Shown here piece by piece: positions 43,158 through 55,656 of a DNA stretch of 64,000 nucleotides; position 1 is the first letter of the stretch; each line of letters starts with the position of its first letter. Below the pieces are notes generated by a model. It did not search any database. It was not told the origin of the DNA and worked only from the letters and a program-made list of their open reading frames with translations. Source of the stretch: Dictyostelium discoideum (taxonomy: Eukaryota); the NCBI GenBank assembly GCA_000004695.1, contig CM000152.2, positions 864,001-928,000 of the forward strand, given 5' to 3'. A program made the position numbers and the translations under genes.

Positions 43158-44849
43158 ATGATAAATGACCATGAATCAGTAATTGATGTTGGATCTGATG
43201 ATGAAAGAGAAAACTTTGAAGATGAAGAAGATACAACAACAGTTTATTCAAGTGATCCTTTATCAAGACCTACAATGGATAGATCATTAGCAGCTAAAAT
43301 GTATATTGAACAATATTATATAAATGCTCAACAATCTGTAAAAGAAAGAGGTCAAAGGTAAATTTTAAAATAAATAAATAAATAAATAAATAAATAAATT
43401 CTAATTCTTTTTATTTTTTTTATATTTTTTTATTATTTTTTTTTAAATTTATTTAGAAGAAAAGATTTAGAATTAAAATTAGAAAATATGAAATTATCAT
43501 CAAAAGAATCAAATGATCTAAGAAAAGAATTGGATAAGAAAGAATCTGATTATATGAGAATAAAGAGATTAAAATTGAAGAGATCGGATTTTGAAGTTAT
43601 TAGGATCATTGGTAGGGGTGCATTTGGGGAGGTTAGTTTGGTACGTCATAGGGAATCGAATGATTTGTATGCAATGAAGAGATTAAAGAAATCAGAGATG
43701 TTAAAGAAGGAGCAAGCAGCACATGTTAGGGCTGAACGTGACGTATTGGCAAGTGCAAACACTAATTGGGTGGTGAAACTCTACTATTCGTTCCAAGATG
43801 ACAATTACTTGTACTTGATTATGGAGTATCTCCCCGGCGGCGATATGATGTCCCTTTTGATAAAGTATGACATTTTCACAGAGAATCAAGCACGTTTCTA
43901 CATAGCAGAGACTATTTTAGCCATTGAGTCTGTGCACACATTGGGTTACATTCATCGTGATATTAAACCCGATAATCTATTGCTAGACTCAAAGGGACAT
44001 GTGAAGCTTTGCGATCTCGGCTTGTGCACTGGTTTCCATCGTTTGCATTCCTCAGAATTCTATCAAATGTTGGTGGGCGATGCCATGACAATCAAGATGA
44101 AGCTCATCGAAGCAACACCCTTGACCCAGACTGAGAGAATCGCATCTTGGAAGAAGGCAAGAAGGGCCTTGGCCTACAGTGCTGTCGGCACCCCTGACTA
44201 TACCGCTCCAGAGGTGTTCCTACAAATTGGGTATAATAAAGAGGTGGATTGGTGGTCACTTGGTGTCATACTCTATGAGATGGTTGTGGGTCATCCACCA
44301 TTTCTATCGGATAACACCACTGAGACTTGTTTAAAGATTCTCAATTGTAAAGAAACACTTCAAATTCCAACCGATATGGGTCTTTCAAAAGAAGTGATTG
44401 ATCTCATCAAAAGATTGGTTTGTGAGAAGGATCGTTACAAATCTGCTGATGAAATTAAATTACATCCATTCTTTAAAGGTGTGAATTGGGATAACATTAG
44501 AAATCAATCAGCACCATTCGTTCCAGAATTAAAAAGTCCAACTGATACTTCAAATTTTGATATTTATGAAGAAATTCCAAATGATATCGATGATGATGAT
44601 AATAACAATAATAATAATAGTAATAACAATATAAATTTAAATGATAATATAAATTCAAACTGTACATATACAACTCCAACTAAAAAATCAAATATTATGG
44701 GTAAAGGTAATATAAAAGATAAAGATTTAGCCTTTATTGGTTTCACTTTTAAAGGTTTTGACGCTGTAAATAAAAGTCCAACAAATAGAAGAAATGTTGA
44801 GTCAATTTTTAATACGAATAATTCAACAACTACTTCAACAACAAAATAA
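43158..44849 (+). CDS. NDR/LATS-family AGC serine/threonine protein kinase, about 520 aa. Structure is join(43158..43357, 43457..44849).
   Basis: Exon 1 is [16 protein letters not shown]...[20 protein letters not shown] with a GTAAAT donor. Exon 2 after ATTTAG| reads [10 protein letters not shown]...[21 protein letters not shown]...[11 protein letters not shown]...[28 protein letters not shown]...[10 protein letters not shown]...[31 protein letters not shown]. The NDR-type activation-segment insert and hydrophobic motif FIGFTF are present. Confidence 0.8.
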
Positions 44850-45095
44850 ATTAAAAATATTAAAAAATAATAAAAATAATATATATAAATATTAAATAGT
44901 ACTAAAAATAATAATATATAAATAAATTAATTTATATTTATAAATAAAATTTTTTTTTTCAAAAAAAAAAAAAAAGATAATTTATTTATTTTTTTTATTT
45001 TTTTTTATAATTTTAGAAGATAATAAAAACTTAATTTTCTCTTCTTTTTTTTTAAATTTTTTAGGGGTGTTTATAATATACATATATATATGTCA

Positions 45096-45134
<39 letters not shown>

Positions 45135-45147
45135 GGGAGGGGTGATT

Positions 45148-45474
45148 TTAAAAGTCAGATACCCTTCCATTTCTTTCCCAATCATTATATCTGGTTGGTT
45201 CTGGGCCTTTTGGTCCACCAATTTCTTTTGTTATTGGATTAACATATGGTTTAAATTCATCTTCGTCAAATTCTTCTTCTAAATCTTGTAAAAGTTGTTG
45301 ATTTTCCTTACTCATTTCAGCTTTTTTATTTGAAATATTGTTATTATTATTATTATTATTATTATTGTTATTGTTATTTATTGTTGTTGAATAAAAACTA
45401 CAATTAATTTTATTTGTTTGTTTGGTTGCATTCAAATAAATAATTTTATTGAATTTACTAATTAGGTTGTTCAT
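45148..45474 (-). CDS. Succinate dehydrogenase assembly factor 4 (SDHAF4, DUF1674) homolog, 108 aa. It has an N-terminal mitochondrial presequence-like region with a poly-Asn insert.
   Basis: The C-terminal signature [43 protein letters not shown] matches the SDHAF4 consensus (...[35 protein letters not shown]). Confidence 0.7.
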   Translation of the reverse strand: MNNLISKFNKIIYLNATKQTNKINCSFYSTTINNNNNNNNNNNNNNISNKKAEMSKENQQLLQDLEEEFDEDEFKPYVNPITKEIGGPKGPEPTRYNDWERNGRVSDF

Positions 45475-46003
45475 TTCTTTTTTTGGATATTTGTTTTTTT
45501 TTGTTTTTTTTTTTTTTTTTAAATAAAAGTTTTTTGTGTGTGAAATATGAAAATAAAAATTAAAAAACGTTAGAATATCTTTTTTTTTTTTTTTTTTTTT
45601 TGATTTTTTTTTTATTTTATTTTATTTTTATTTTTATTTTATTTTTTTTTTTTATTAAATGATGGTAATAATCAAATAATTCAATAAAATAAAAAAGTAA
45701 AATAAAAAAAAAAAAAATTTAAATAAAAACTTAATAATACAGTGTACCGATAATTATATATATTTTTTATATATATTTTTTTTTATTTTATATTTTTATT
45801 TTTATTTTTATTTTTATTTTTATTTTCTGATTCCAAAAGAAAAAAGATTTTTTTATTTTTCTATTTTTCTATTTTTTTTTTTTTTTTTTTTTTTTCTTTT
45901 CATTTTTTTATTTTATTTTTTTTTTCCTTCACAACCAGTTATAGTAATAAAGATTTATAAATATAATCTTCATATTCAAATTATTTTCTCTTTGTGTCTC
46001 TTG

Positions 46004-46006
<3 letters not shown>

Positions 46007-46056
<50 letters not shown>

Positions 46057-46079
46057 CAGCAGTGTGGTAGCTACCACAC
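46007..46079. promoter_or_regulatory. T50 homopolymer immediately followed by a perfect 18-bp palindrome gtgtggtagctaccacac (46062..46079). It sits in the divergent promoter between SDHAF4 (-) and the PH-domain gene (+).
   Basis: Read directly; the palindrome is fully self-complementary and GC-rich relative to the flanks. Confidence 0.55.
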
Positions 46080-46260
46080 AACAGAGAGAATTTTAATCCT
46101 AAAAAAGGTATCCACATAACTTTATTTATTTAAATTTTTAATTTTATTTTTTATTTTTTATTATTTTTATTTAATATATTTTATTTTTTATTATTTTTTT
46201 TTTTAAAGTTTATTTATTTATTTATTTATTTTTTTTTTTGATTTTTTTTTTCTTTTTTTT

Positions 46261-46316
46261 ATAACCATACACATACACTCACTATCACACACACACATAC
46301 ACACCACCACACATAT
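46261..46316. promoter_or_regulatory. CA-rich element (ccatacacatacactcactatcacacacacacatacacaccaccacaca), about 290 bp upstream of the PH-domain gene ATG.
   Basis: A C/A-only island in AT-rich DNA. CA-rich (CAE-type) elements are established cis-elements in Dictyostelium developmental promoters. Confidence 0.4.
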
Positions 46317-46603
46317 ATATTTATATATATAAAAAATATATATAAATATACATATATATAACACCACAAGCACAAAAATTCATCCACATATTTTTAACTT
46401 TATTTTTATTTTTTTCCTTTTATTTTATTAGTACATATAATTCAATATATATATATATAAATACTAATATATATTTTTTACTCCAACCAGAAATAAAAAT
46501 AAAATAAAAATAATAATAATAATAATAATAAAAAAAATCTAAATAATAAAAAAATCAAAAAAAAAAAAAAAATAAAAAAAAAAAAAACAAATCATTAAAA
46601 ATA

Positions 46604-49450
<2,847 letters not shown>

Positions 49451-49722
49451 AATTATTATAAAATAATAATAAAAAAAAAATAATTTATAAATAATAATGA
49501 ATTATTTACGATTCTAGTTGAATAAAAAATAAAATTGACTACAATCAAAAAAAAAAAAAAAAAAAATTAAATAATTAAAAAACTAAAAAACTAAAAAAAT
49601 GGTGTATTTGTTTCTTTTTTTTTTTTTTTTTCCATTTTCTTGTTTTGTTCTGTTTTTTTTAATTTTTTTTTTAATTCCATTTTTTTTTTTTTTTTTTTTT
49701 TTATTTTCTAAAAATAAAAAAA

Positions 49723-50075
49723 ATGAAAAAACCATATAATAAAAAAGTAAATGTAAACAAATGTATGGCAAATGATTTGATTATTACTTTTCCAATGAGA
49801 GATGAACAAATTATAGCCAAACTAGATTCAATCAAAAGATGGAAAAATGTAAATAAAAATCTTTATTCAATTGATGATTTTTGTTCATTATTGAATGAAT
49901 TTGAAATGATTCAATTTTCAATAGGAGGAAGCCCTTTGTTTAATAAAAACAATGGTAAACAATATAATTATTTAAAAGAATACAATTTGACTTCAACTTA
50001 TTTTAAAATGATTCAAAGAGAAAGAGATTTTTCAGTTTTAACAAGTTTTAAATCTGATATTATTAATAATGTAGG

Positions 50076-50107
<32 letters not shown>

Positions 50108-51845
50108 AATAATGAATAATATTTATTTATTTATATTTATTAATTTTTTTTTAAAAAAGGGAATTCAAAAAAAATCAAATGGATTACGTACTCAAATTTT
50201 AGGTAAATTAAATGATGATGGATCACCAATTTTTAAAAAAGATACAATACTTAATCATGTAGCTGAGGAATTAATAATAGATATGAAAGAAAATAAAGCA
50301 ATTGAGATTAAACATGAATTTTTTAGAGATATAGATTTTAATAGATTAAATCGTAAAACAAATAAAATTGGTGAAAATTGGATCACTGTGGATAAATTTC
50401 CATTTGGTTCACTTGTTATTCCAAAATTTAAAGAAATTTGTCACTCTGTTTTAAAAGAATTATTTTTAATTAATAGAGATGATACACTAATAAAAATAAA
50501 TTCATTAGCAGAAGATATTTTAATTGGATTTATTGATAGTTGTTTCAATGATAAAACTCCAGTTGGAAAGGAAATTTTATTTGAACTTTTTAAAAACCAT
50601 ATACTTAATAATAATAAAACTGATGAAATTGAATCATTATTCCCAATTGAAAGAATAATAAATAGTTGTATTATTAGAGATGATTGGTTTAGATTTAATT
50701 ATGGTAAATCAATAGCACAAGATTTATTTTTACCACATTTTCAAGATAGTTTTTCAATAAATGTTTATGAAAATTATCAATTATTCACACACAAAAATAT
50801 TTCTAAATTATCAGATAATGTATTGTTAAAGCATACAAATAGGAAAAAGTCAGAATCAATAGTGATTGGAGAATCATCAATTGTTAATAAGGAAAAGTTT
50901 ATTGAAAATTTTCATTTGGTTACAAATAATATGTTTAATGATTTTTCAAAAATTCCAAAAACATGTTATTTTATTGGTGGTATACTTACAGCATGTTTAA
51001 CAGATTCAATTAATGAAGATGAATATAGAGATAGCGATATTGATGTTTGTTTTACTGGTTATGAGTCAAATGATATTGTAGAGTTCGTTGAAACATATTT
51101 TGGATCTTTGGATGAATTACAAACTGATAAAACAACTACGATTCATGGTGATCATTTAACAATTTCAAAGTATTATCCAAATAGACATGTTCAAATTAAT
51201 CTTCACTTTTATCCTACACTTGAGAGCATTTTAGTAGGTGTTGATATCGATGCATCTTGTTTTGCATTCAATGGAAAGGATTTATACTGTTTGGAAAGAG
51301 CTATGCATTCAATAAATTATAGTATTAACATTGCTTGTGAATTTAACTTTAATGTTAGAGGTAATGGCCATTATCAAAAACGGTTGGTTAAATATTTAGA
51401 TCGTGGTTTTCATATCTACTATTTACCAACACCACAAATTAATTATTTTTTTAGTGATATTATACTTAAGGTGAGTGAAAATGATGGGTTCTCTCCAACA
51501 CTTAATCAGAATGGAATTGCTTTATTAGCATCAGCAAGCCTATCAAAACAAATTCTAAAAGAGTTAAAGAAACCATCATTTTCAATTCCTTATGGTCCAT
51601 CATATGATAAAATAAGTACAGATTTGTTCATTAGATCAACCTATAAATCTATGTATAATGGGTATTCAACACCAATGTGTCATAGAATTATAGATACTGT
51701 TGGTGAAGGCGAAGATTCAATTAATACCATTTTATTTGAAACCAGATCTATCGAGAGTCTATCTTTTAATAGATATTCATGGGAACAACATATCACCAAT
51801 GAAGCTTTAAGATCAAATTTATTTAATTATAACCAATTTTTTTAA
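49723..51845 (+). CDS. Hypothetical protein, about 678 aa. Structure is join(49723..50070, 50160..51845). It has no confident family. The C-terminal half carries a G-G...D-x-D pattern compatible with a Pol-beta-like nucleotidyltransferase fold; this is speculative.
   Basis: The 126-aa ORF ends ...SFKSDIINN at a GTAGGT donor (50071). The acceptor AAAAAAG| at 50158-50159 restores GIQKKSNGLRTQILGKLNDDGSPIFKK..., the 577-aa ORF frame minus its junk N-terminus. Motifs are CYFIGGILTACLTDSINEDEYRDSDIDVCF and later LVGVDIDASCFAFNG. Confidence 0.5.
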
Positions 51846-51939
51846 ACTTTAAATAAATAAAAAAAAAAAAAGTAAAAAAACACCAATTGAATCAAAATTT
51901 ATTAATTTAAAATTAAAGAATAAAATTTATTTTTAATTT

Positions 51940-52760
51940 TTTTTTTTGTTTTTCGATTTTCATTTTCGTTTGTAATTTTTTATAGGCCCATATGGTTGGT
52001 TATATATTTGATTCAGAAAGTTTTGCTTTGTGGAAAGTTTTTTTTTTTTCCCTTCTTTGGATAAAAATGCAACTATTAATTAATATTTGTCGACACCACC
52101 TTTGTTACCAAGTGGGTTATTTAAATTATTAGTACTTTGATTATTTGATTTTTCAAAATTAATTGAAATTGATTTTGAGTTGATGTCATCAAAGGTTTTA
52201 TTTAAGGCTGATGATGAGGATTTATTTAAAATTTTTGTTAATGTAGTGAAAATCATTTTTTATTTTAATTTATTATTTTTATTAAATTAAACTATATTTT
52301 TTTATAAAATTATAATATTTTATTATTTTAAATTTTATTTAATTTAATTATATTTGTTTTGAATGAATAGAAATGAAAAATCATTTTTTTTATTAAATAC
52401 TTTTTAAAAAAATAAAAAAAATAAAATAAAAATAAAAAAATAAATAATTAATGTTAAAAATAGAATTCTATTTTAATAGTAACTTAACAAGTTGATGCTC
52501 CCCAATGGATTATTAAAAAAACGAAAAATAAGTTAATTTTAACATTATATTGATGATAAAATTGGATGGAAATGATGGAGAGAAAAATATCAAAAATAAA
52601 CATTCAACTGAAAATTATCAATATTATGATCGTTGTTATTTAGTATAACTATTTATTGAACATATAATATTCATTTTTACACTAATATTTCACTTTTAAT
52701 TGTGACTAATCCACAAATAATTTACCCCTTTATTTTTTAAATTATTTGTTTTTATTTTTA
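51940..52760. repeat. Copy 1 of a diverged roughly 0.85-kb repeat unit.
   Basis: Roughly 85-90% identity by eye to 54140..54990, e.g. cgtttgtaattttttataggcccatatggttggtta... versus cgtttgtaatattttttataaacccatatggttggtta..., through ...tttacactaatatttcacttttaattgtgactaatccacaaat. Confidence 0.7.
52080..52256 (-). CDS. Conserved small ORF (58 aa) inside repeat copy 1: MIFTTLTKILNKSSSSALNKTFDDINSKSISINFEKSNNQSTNNLNNPLGNKGGVDKY. Coding status is unproven.
   Basis: ATG-to-TAA ORF on the minus strand. A 59-aa counterpart lies at 54286..54465; it differs by several synonymous substitutions and a clean 3-nt (one-codon) deletion, which preserves the frame. Confidence 0.35.
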   Translation of the reverse strand: MIFTTLTKILNKSSSSALNKTFDDINSKSISINFEKSNNQSTNNLNNPLGNKGGVDKY

Positions 52761-52958
52761 AATTCGAACTAAAATAATTTTGTTAAACCCCTAAAAAAAA
52801 AAAAAATTAAAGTGCATTATGGGTTAAATAGTTTTTGTATTGTGGAATAATTTAAAAAATTTGGGTGTAAAAATGATTATTATTTTTTACCCAATAAAAT
52901 TAGTGCCAATTATATTAGTTATTTATCAGTTGGAAATACCTCATCGATCTGATTTAAT

Positions 52959-53011
52959 AAGTTAAATGGGGATTATCTAATCATTCAATTTAGATAATCC
53001 TCCTTTAACTT
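52959..53011. repeat. Near-perfect 22-bp inverted repeat (20 of 22 positions match) with a 9-nt loop: aagttaaatggggattatctaa / tcattcaat / ttagataatcctcctttaactt.
   Basis: Read directly. Confidence 0.5.
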
Positions 53012-53099
53012 ATTTTTGGGTTTTAAACTATTTTTATCGAAAGCATTGATTTGTTAAATAACTATACTGTGATTATCAGTTCTATTTATAACTTTTTTT

Positions 53100-53143
<44 letters not shown>

Positions 53144-54139
53144 AAATAAAAAAAAAAAAAATTTTTTAATCAAAAATGAAAATTCTATTTCATTACCCAA
53201 ATAATTAAAAACAAATAAAAAAACGAAATTAAAATATAATCAACCTAAAAATGATTTCAATACTTTAACTAAAATTTCAAATAAAACATCATCATCATCA
53301 TCTTCAAATACAAGATTTGGTATTAATTCTAACTAGTTCAAATAAATTTTGGTAATAATTTAAAAATGATAGCTTCATTGTCAATTAATAAACTTGGTCC
53401 AAGAGGTGGTATTTGACAAATCAAAAATTCAATTTTCAATTATAAAATTATGCTCTCGATTGTGCACGAAAAAAAAAAAAAAAAAAATTAAATAAAACTT
53501 TCATTTTTCTATGATTTTAATTTATTTTTTAATTTTATTATATTTCAACTATTATTTGTATTTAATTTATTTTAATTTACCACCATTGAAAAATCAAAAA
53601 TATAATTAAAAAATAAAATTAGTTAAAAAAAAAAAAAAGTATGAAATGATTTTTGGAACAATTATTATACAAATATAATCAATTTTTTACACATTGTTCA
53701 ATTGATTGAAAAATAATATAATAACCCCATATTATATTTTATATGATTTTATTACACTAGAGTTTTATTGAACAACCCCACCACAAAAAAAAAAATAAAA
53801 AAAAATAATTTAATAATTAAATAAAAAAATTGAATTATTTGTGGACTTACCGCCATGGCAAAGATGAATGATTATAGATTGTATAATTGAATTATGAACA
53901 ATAATAATATTTATTTTCATTTGTCACTATTTTTGGTTTATTGTTTTTATATATTTTTACACGTTTTCAAATCGATCAATAAAGATTTATCATCTTACTA
54001 TAAAATAAAAAGAAATACAACAAAATAAATTAAAAAAATTAAAATTAAATAAAATAAATTCCAATATGAAATTATATTATCTTTAAAAAAAAAATTAAAA
54101 TTTAATTAAAAAATAAATTTTTTTTTAAAGTTTATTTTA

Positions 54140-54990
54140 ATTTAATTGTTTTTCAATTTATTTTTTCGTTTGTAATATTTTTTATAAACCCATATGGTTG
54201 GTTATAAATTTAATTCGGAAAGTTTTGTTTTGTTGAATTTGGAGTGGAAATTCCCTTTTTTTTTCTTTGGATAAAAATACAATTATTAATTAAAAGTTCT
54301 TGATATACCACCTTTGTTACCAAGTGGATTATTTAAAATAATAGTACTTTGATTATTAGATTTTTCAAAATTAATTGAAATTGATTTCGAATTGATATCA
54401 AAGGTTTTATTTAAGGCTGACGATGAGGATTTATTTAAAATTTTTGTTAATGAAGTGAAAATCATTTTTTATTTTAATTATTTTTATAAACTATTTAGAT
54501 ATTATCTTATTAAAATAATAATATTTAATTATAAATTTTTTTTTTTTAATTGTATTGAGTAATGAATAGAAATGAAAAATCATTTTTTTTATTAAATACT
54601 TATTAAAAAAAATAAAAATTAAATAAAAAAATAAAAATAAAAGAAAATAATAAAATAAAAATAATAAATGTTAAAAATAGAATTCTATTTTAATAGTGAC
54701 TTATCAAGTCGATGCTTGAGAATGTATTATTAAAAAACGAGAAATAAGTTAATATTGTAATTAAATTGTAATTAAATTGATGATATAATTGGATCGAAAT
54801 GATGGAGAGAAAAATATCAAAAATAATATTCAACTGAAAATTAACAATATTATGATAGTTGTTATTCAGTACAATTATTTATTGAACAAATAATATTCAT
54901 TTTTACACAAATATTTCACTTTTAATTGTGACCAATCCACAAATTACAAACAAATAATTCACCCCCTTTTTTATTTTAAATTATTTGTTT
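54140..54990. repeat. Copy 2 of the same unit, about 2.2 kb downstream in the same orientation. It is followed by a roughly 340-bp copy-specific insertion.
   Basis: Collinear with copy 1 including the small ORF. After about 54990, homology resumes only at ...ccaaccaaaataattttgtt (about 55360) relative to copy 1 ...cgaactaaaataattttgtt (52770). Confidence 0.7.
54286..54465 (-). CDS. Conserved small ORF (59 aa) inside repeat copy 2: MIFTSLTKILNKSSSSALNKTFDINSKSISINFEKSNNQSTIILNNPLGNKGGISRTFN.
   Basis: Paralog of 52080..52256; same strand, same position within the repeat unit. Confidence 0.35.
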   Translation of the reverse strand: MIFTSLTKILNKSSSSALNKTFDINSKSISINFEKSNNQSTIILNNPLGNKGGISRTFN

Positions 54991-55081
54991 TTTATTATTT
55001 TTTCTTTTTTTTTATTTTTTTTTTTTAGTGGTTGAACAAATAAACTTAAGGTTTCAATTCAAAACACAATTATTAAAAATA

Positions 55082-55275
55082 AAAAAAAACCCAATTCAAT
55101 GATTAATAATTAATATTAAAAAAAAAAAAATCAATATTTCTATAAAATAAAAAAATAAAAAAATAAAAATAAGATTTCAATGAAATTATTATTGACTTTA
55201 ATCTTAAATTCCTACTCTAAAATTTTTTTTATTTTTTTTTTAAATAATTATTAATCATTGAATTGGGTTTTTTTT
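55082..55275. repeat. Perfect 31-bp inverted repeat pair (55082..55112 and 55245..55275) flanking a 132-bp spacer, located within the copy-2-specific insertion.
   Basis: aaaaaaaacccaattcaatgattaataatta and taattattaatcattgaattgggtttttttt are exact reverse complements. Confidence 0.7.
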
Positions 55276-55656
55276 AATCCAAATACTTTGGTAAAATTAC
55301 TAACAAAATGTTCAAGTATATTTATATATATTTATTATTTTTAAATCATTAATTTTTAGATCCCAACCAAAATAATTTTGTTTATTTTTTATATAAAAAA
55401 AAAAAAATAAAAAAAATAAAAAGAATATAAAAAAATAAAAAAATTAAAAAAAAGTGATAAGATTAGATCCATGGAGAAATGGTGATTATTCAATTAATAT
55501 CACAAATGAAAGTATTAAAATCAAATGAACAAATTAATAATCAAACTTTTTAATTATTAAAACAATACAATACAATACAATACAATTTATTTATTTTTTA
55601 ATTTTTTTTTTTATTATTTTTTTTATTTTATTTTATTTTTATAAAGATAATTTGAA

